From assembly GCA_043228905.1 (NCBI GenBank), contig JBHGNT010001174.1, positions 1 through 11,263 of the forward strand: 11,263 nucleotides of DNA. Reading direction: 5' to 3'. Position 1 is the first letter of the stretch. Every line of letters starts with the position of its first letter. The notes under the pieces were generated by a model, which saw only the letters and a program-made list of their open reading frames with translations, was not told the origin of the DNA and searched no databases. Shown here in pieces: positions 6,670 to 11,263 of the stretch. The translations under genes were made by a program, and so were the position numbers. This DNA comes from Azolla caroliniana (taxonomy: Eukaryota; Plantae; Polypodiophyta).

Positions 6670-8063
6670 ATGGCACCTTCAAACATCGCCACTGTTGAAC
6701 ACATAGCACAAACAGGCCCCTTGATCGATAACGGAAAAACATCTCTGATAGCGGGGGTCCTGTTGAGATTATTTTCAACAACGAAGAGATGCTTCTACTT
6801 GAGAAGGAGATAAAGCGCCTTGAGCGAATAACGGTCATATGCCGAGTGATGGGATCACGACCAAACAGAGGGTTGTTACGAGATATGTTGCAAGCTCAAT
6901 TTCATTCACAACTATGTGGTATAAAAGAAGTCCAACTGCTTGGTAAAGGCTTCTATCAAATCATACTAGACAACAAGGAGTCTGCAACGAACCTCATAGC
7001 ACTTTCCCCCAGCCAGGTCCGAAATACATGGTTGTTCATGCGTAAATGGACACATGGTTTTAACCCAGAGAAAGCCGCACAACAGGATGATTCCATGAAA
7101 AAGGTAACAATGTTGTTTCCTGGACTATCCTTAGAATACAACATGTTACTTCCTACTATTGGCAACTCCTTTGGGATGATGTTGGATGAGGAACTAACGC
7201 TAGCAGACAAGCTAAAGAAGCACCTAGGCCCTCCCTCTATCCGCCTCTTGGTGCAGGACATCAATAAACTTCCCTCCAAGATCCTCATTCTCGGGAAAAA
7301 CGGAATGCGACCTAAGGTGACACCAAGCACACAAGAGAAAGTTATCGTTAAAGCTTACAAAACAGGGAAACACAGACGAATAAGTCATGTAAAGACCTTA
7401 ATAAGGAGCTTGAGTGGAACGACACCCACTGCAGAAGCAACAAACCAAAGCAGAAGTGTGAATGCCACACCTCAAATCATAGTCGTCCCGGACACAAATG
7501 AGTGTGGTTCCTCTAGCCAAGACCTTGAACCACACCCAAAAAACACCTTGAAATGGCTAGGTATGGGGCTCAAGACAGTGGAAAAAATAAGGGCACATGT
7601 ATTAGTGGTACACAATAACGGAGTTCTGACGACCTCAATCTCCTTTCCACTCTTGCTTCCGACTCAGGAAGATTGGTCGAAATCCAAGATTAAAGATATG
7701 TTATGTAGCCAAGCAGCGTGCTTTGTAGCACAAATAAGAGATGAAGAGCTCATGAATGAACTAAAACAACATTGGCATAACATTGAATTCTAGTGCACCA
7801 TGGATGAAGAGGACCCCCATTTTTGCCACATCCACCTGCGGACTATCATAGACACCCAACTAACTCCAAGCTTTGTCTATTTCTATGAGAAGCATGAAGG
7901 GGCGATTGTAGCTCACAGGATAGCCCACAAACTCCACTCATGGATGTGGACCACTATTCCATCCCTGGAAATGACTGAATGTCTAAATGGTGAGTGCTCC
8001 CCACTCACAACCTGTTGTACAAAGCACCAGGAACAACTGGCAACCTCCCACCCCATTCCATGA
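6670..8063 (+). pseudogene. LINE ORF1 (DUF4283/RRM-like nucleic-acid-binding protein), disrupted
   Basis: VICRVMGSRP...EVQLLGKGFYQI...MRKWTHGFNP...FPGL resembles plant L1 ORF1p. Likely ATG at 6670 with an early frameshift (about 6730-6760). ORFs 6789-7793 and 7800-8063 share a frame and are separated by one TAG (7791-7793). Confidence 0.8.
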
Positions 8064-11000
8064 ATATGAAGATTATAACATGGAACGTGCAAGGACTCAG
8101 AAGTAGACTAGACCAACAAAATAGATGGAAACTGAGAAGGGATCTTGAAGAATATTTACTAGGGAGTGGTGCTGACATCATCATGTTGAAGGAACACCAC
8201 CTCGATAGCACACAGTTAAAGAAAGTTGGAGACCTTCTACCAGGATCATGGCGAACAATTTGGGAGCCAGCAATTGGGGAGGATGGAAATCATGGTGGTA
8301 TTTGCACTTTGATTCGGGAACATCTAGCCCAAGGCTTAATACACCAAGAATCACTTATACTTGGTAGGGCACATTTTTGCACGTTGGCCATCCAAGGGCA
8401 ACGATGGAATTTCATGAATGTTTATGCTCCAAATAGCAGAACAGAAAGAGCAACATTCTAGGACCGCATCCACCTACAAGTAGTGGGTGTGGAAGAGTGG
8501 TGCATTGGAGGGGATTTTAATATGGTCGAATCCATTCACGATAGCTCCAACAACAACCCCCTAGTTCTACAAGGAAGGGAACGTAAACAATGGGAGAAGC
8601 TATGTGTCCACCTAAACCTGCAAGACATCTGGCATTCGGCCAACTTCCAACAGAAAAGGGATTCTCTCCTATTCTCCCGATCAGACGGACGGAATAGTGG
8701 ACCCACCCTATCTCGCATTGACTGCATATATGTGGGGGAGGCTCTAGAAACGAAGGGAGGGTGGTGTCGCATAACTCCATGCACGACTTTCTCGGACCAT
8801 TACCCGGTAGCTGGTCATTTTCAATTGCACCGAAAATGGGGCCCATTCCAGACTCGCATCCCACACACTATTTACACACTTATAAACGTGAAGGACCAGC
8901 TATCCAACCAATGGTCATTACCCGTCAATGGCTTATCAACATCAGACAAACTTTTAGCTAAATTAACAAGAGCTTCTTCTCTCCTACATGAGATTGTCAA
9001 GACCAGAAGCAAGGATGCTCAGGAGAAGCGACAGAGGAAAAAACGGGGACTAATAGCCTTACAGCGACTCCAGCAGAGATACCCGTCCTGTATTTGGATC
9101 GCAGGACAAGTCGCCACGGCCAAACAGGAACTTAGCATGGCAGAAAAGGAAATATATGACATGGAGTTTCATGGTAGCATGGCGCGATGGATTCGAGTAG
9201 GGGACAAAACCACAAAGGAATTCTTCCGCTCCAAAGGCCCGAGGCATGCTAGAACTATGATGCGCAACCTCAACCGAGAGGATGGAATGACCACTGAGGA
9301 TGGCGACGAAATGAGGAATATTGCCACAAGGTATTATAGCCGCCTACTTATCGAAGACATTATAGCTATAGGGGAAGACATAAGTGACGATATTATCCTC
9401 CAAAGCATACCCGAGAAAGTCACACCGGAAATGAATACCTGGCTCGTGCGTCCCCTATCAATCATTGAGATATGGGAGGCCCTCACTAATTTAGATGCCG
9501 ATAGCTGCCCCGGAATCGACGGTCTCACCCCACACATTTTCACATGCCTTTAGGGCACTATTAAAGAAAATCTCCTCCAAGCATATGAGGAGATCATCAC
9601 CTCTGGAAGCATGCCAGAGGAATTTGGACAGGGGATGATATATCTCATTCCTAAATGTGGTGGGAATGCCAACGCCATTAACAAGTGGTGGCCCATTACT
9701 CTTCTTAACACTATCTATAAGTTGCTCGCAAAAATCGTGGCATGCCGTTTAACTCCACTTCTCCCTCAACTCATTCATCCGTCCCAAACAGGTTTCGTTA
9801 GAAATCGGAGCATCCTAGAAAACCTCTTCTCATTCTGGGAAGCAGTAGCCCTTGCCAAGCGAACCAACAACAAGGTAGCAGTGGTGCTACTAGATTTTGA
9901 GAAAGCATATGACAGGGTATGCTGGAACTTTCTAGAAAGTGTGATGAGGAAACTCGGCTTTCAAGAGACATGGATCCAAGGCATTGCAGGATTTTATAGG
10001 AATGGCAACAATTGTGTTTTGCTGGCAGGTGAAAGGGGCCCCTTCTTCCGAATATCCCGCTCTGTACGGCAGGGATGCCCACTAGCTCCATCCTTATTTC
10101 TATTATAGGCCGAAGCACTCTCTTGCTTTCTCGACTCGCGACATCTCAACCTACGTGGTCTTCCCGTACCTCATTCTCACCAAAGCATCCTGGATATAGA
10201 ATTTGCAGATGACACAGCAGTCTACCTGCAAGGGGACTTGGAAAACCTCCAAAAGCTAGAAAGTGGGCTAGTTGTATTTTGCAAGAGATCCAACGCCATG
10301 ATCAATTGGCACAAATCCTGTGCAATATGGCTCTCTCAGGAAACACATCCAGTGTGGCACCCACACCCCGCTTTCAAATGGATCAATCAAGAAGCGAGCA
10401 CCAAATATTTGGGTTTCCAAATTGGTTTCAACATACCGCCGGAGACTATGATTGCACCCGTTATCCTTTCCATTCGACAAAAGTTGATACATTGGAGCTC
10501 GAAAAAATTGTCGCTAGCAGGTTGCATCATAGTGGCAAATCAGGTACTCCGCGCAACAACATGGTACAGTCTATCATGCTTGACAATCTCCAAGGAAAGT
10601 ATACATCAGATTCAACAACTAGTCCGCAACTACATTTGGTCTGGTAAGGAAGACCATGTAGCTCGCGCCAAGGTGGCGTGGCCTATACTCACAGCGCCTA
10701 AGTCGAGAGGGGGATTGGGTCTTATTGATCCCCTTTCAAAATCGAAAGCTTTACTTGCCAAATTTGTGGTGCGAGGACTCCAACCAGGAAATGATTGTTG
10801 GAAAATGCTACAGAGGTTACGTTTCGCTTACTTTAGGCCACGAAAAGGGGTCAATTGGGCCCCCCAAACGGGATAGATTCTAAACATGGATCTCAAACCT
10901 AGTTTCTCCCGCCAATTGGAGGATAGATTCAGTGCATCCATGTGGAAGGCATGGTGTGACATTCGTCGAGGGCTCAAGTGTGATCAACCGAGATCCGAAC

Positions 11001-11263
11001 CCGCCTGGCTCAGTCAACGTATCCTATGGAACCCATGTCTCAAGGATGAATCTAATCAACTACTAGGATCACATAAGGGGTTGTCATGGGGATACATTGC
11101 AGAAGGTCCAGGAAAAAGTATAGAATGTTGGCGATGGTTTATGTCAATGACACTACAAGATTAGGCGAACATACTCCATGGAATCATGGGTGGATGGACT
11201 ATGAGATCGGAAATCATTAACTCTCTACTGATTAGGGAATCTGCTATTCAAAGGACGACAATG
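8060..11263 (+). pseudogene. LINE ORF2 (apurinic-like endonuclease plus reverse transcriptase), disrupted by five in-frame TAG stops
   Basis: Endonuclease motifs ITWNVQGL, NVYAPN, GGDFN, SRID, SDHYPV. RT motifs PGIDG, PITLLN, QTGF, LDFEKAYDRV, RQGCPLAP, FADD (10202-10213), YLG. The ORF-track pieces at 7994, 8483, 9611, 10238 and 10886 are all in one frame, with stops at 8459, 9551, 10106, 10874 and 11162. Confidence 0.96.

Larger units (their letters stand above)
6094..11263 (+). mobile_element. L1-clade non-LTR retrotransposon (LINE), degenerate, continues past the right edge; 5' boundary uncertain (6094 to about 6650)
   Basis: GC-rich leader, then ORF1 and ORF2 (AP endonuclease followed by RT) in canonical order. 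The 3' end and TSD are outside the window. Confidence 0.93.

Noticed and set aside
6455-6838. ORFs with poly-Pro/Lys/Glu/Phe/Ser runs
   Set aside because: Translations of the C16 and GAA-rich simple repeats; only the part from ATG 6670 plausibly belongs to LINE ORF1.
6956-10647. Minus-strand and alternative-frame ORFs within the LINE
   Set aside because: Shadows of ORF1/ORF2 with no independent motifs.
8060-11263. RT as a retron, group II intron or DGR, or TAG stops repaired by U-to-C editing linked to the neighbouring PPR
   Set aside because: The N-terminal AP endonuclease plus ORF1 identify an L1-type LINE. U-to-C editing is organellar and would give Gln, whereas some stops sit at Trp positions. 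Nothing links the PPR functionally to the LINE.

Overview
Eukaryotic, land-plant nuclear DNA, most likely from a fern (inferred from the PPR repeat style and a moss/fern-type Ty3/gypsy gag). The left third is genic. It holds an intact minus-strand PLS-class PPR gene (17 PPR motifs plus E1/E2, no DYW; a likely organellar RNA-editing factor, 1170-3416) and, at the window edge, the probable first 21 codons of a second minus-strand gene (63->1, PfkB-kinase-like). The remainder is a nested retrotransposon stack. An old Ty3/gypsy element (candidate LTR 3815-4486, decayed gag, protease motif) is split by a 443-bp solo LTR with an exact 5-bp TSD (5566-6008). It is then cut off at about 6093 by a GC-rich segment leading into an L1-clade LINE (ORF1 DUF4283-like, ORF2 endonuclease-RT) that runs off the right end and is broken mainly by in-frame TAG stops. 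I see no clearly new biological system. The best leads are the putative splice acceptor in the PPR gene, the antisense-looking unit at 6094-6560, the ATGA ORF1/ORF2 overlap, and a hairpin-shaped in-frame insertion in the PPR.
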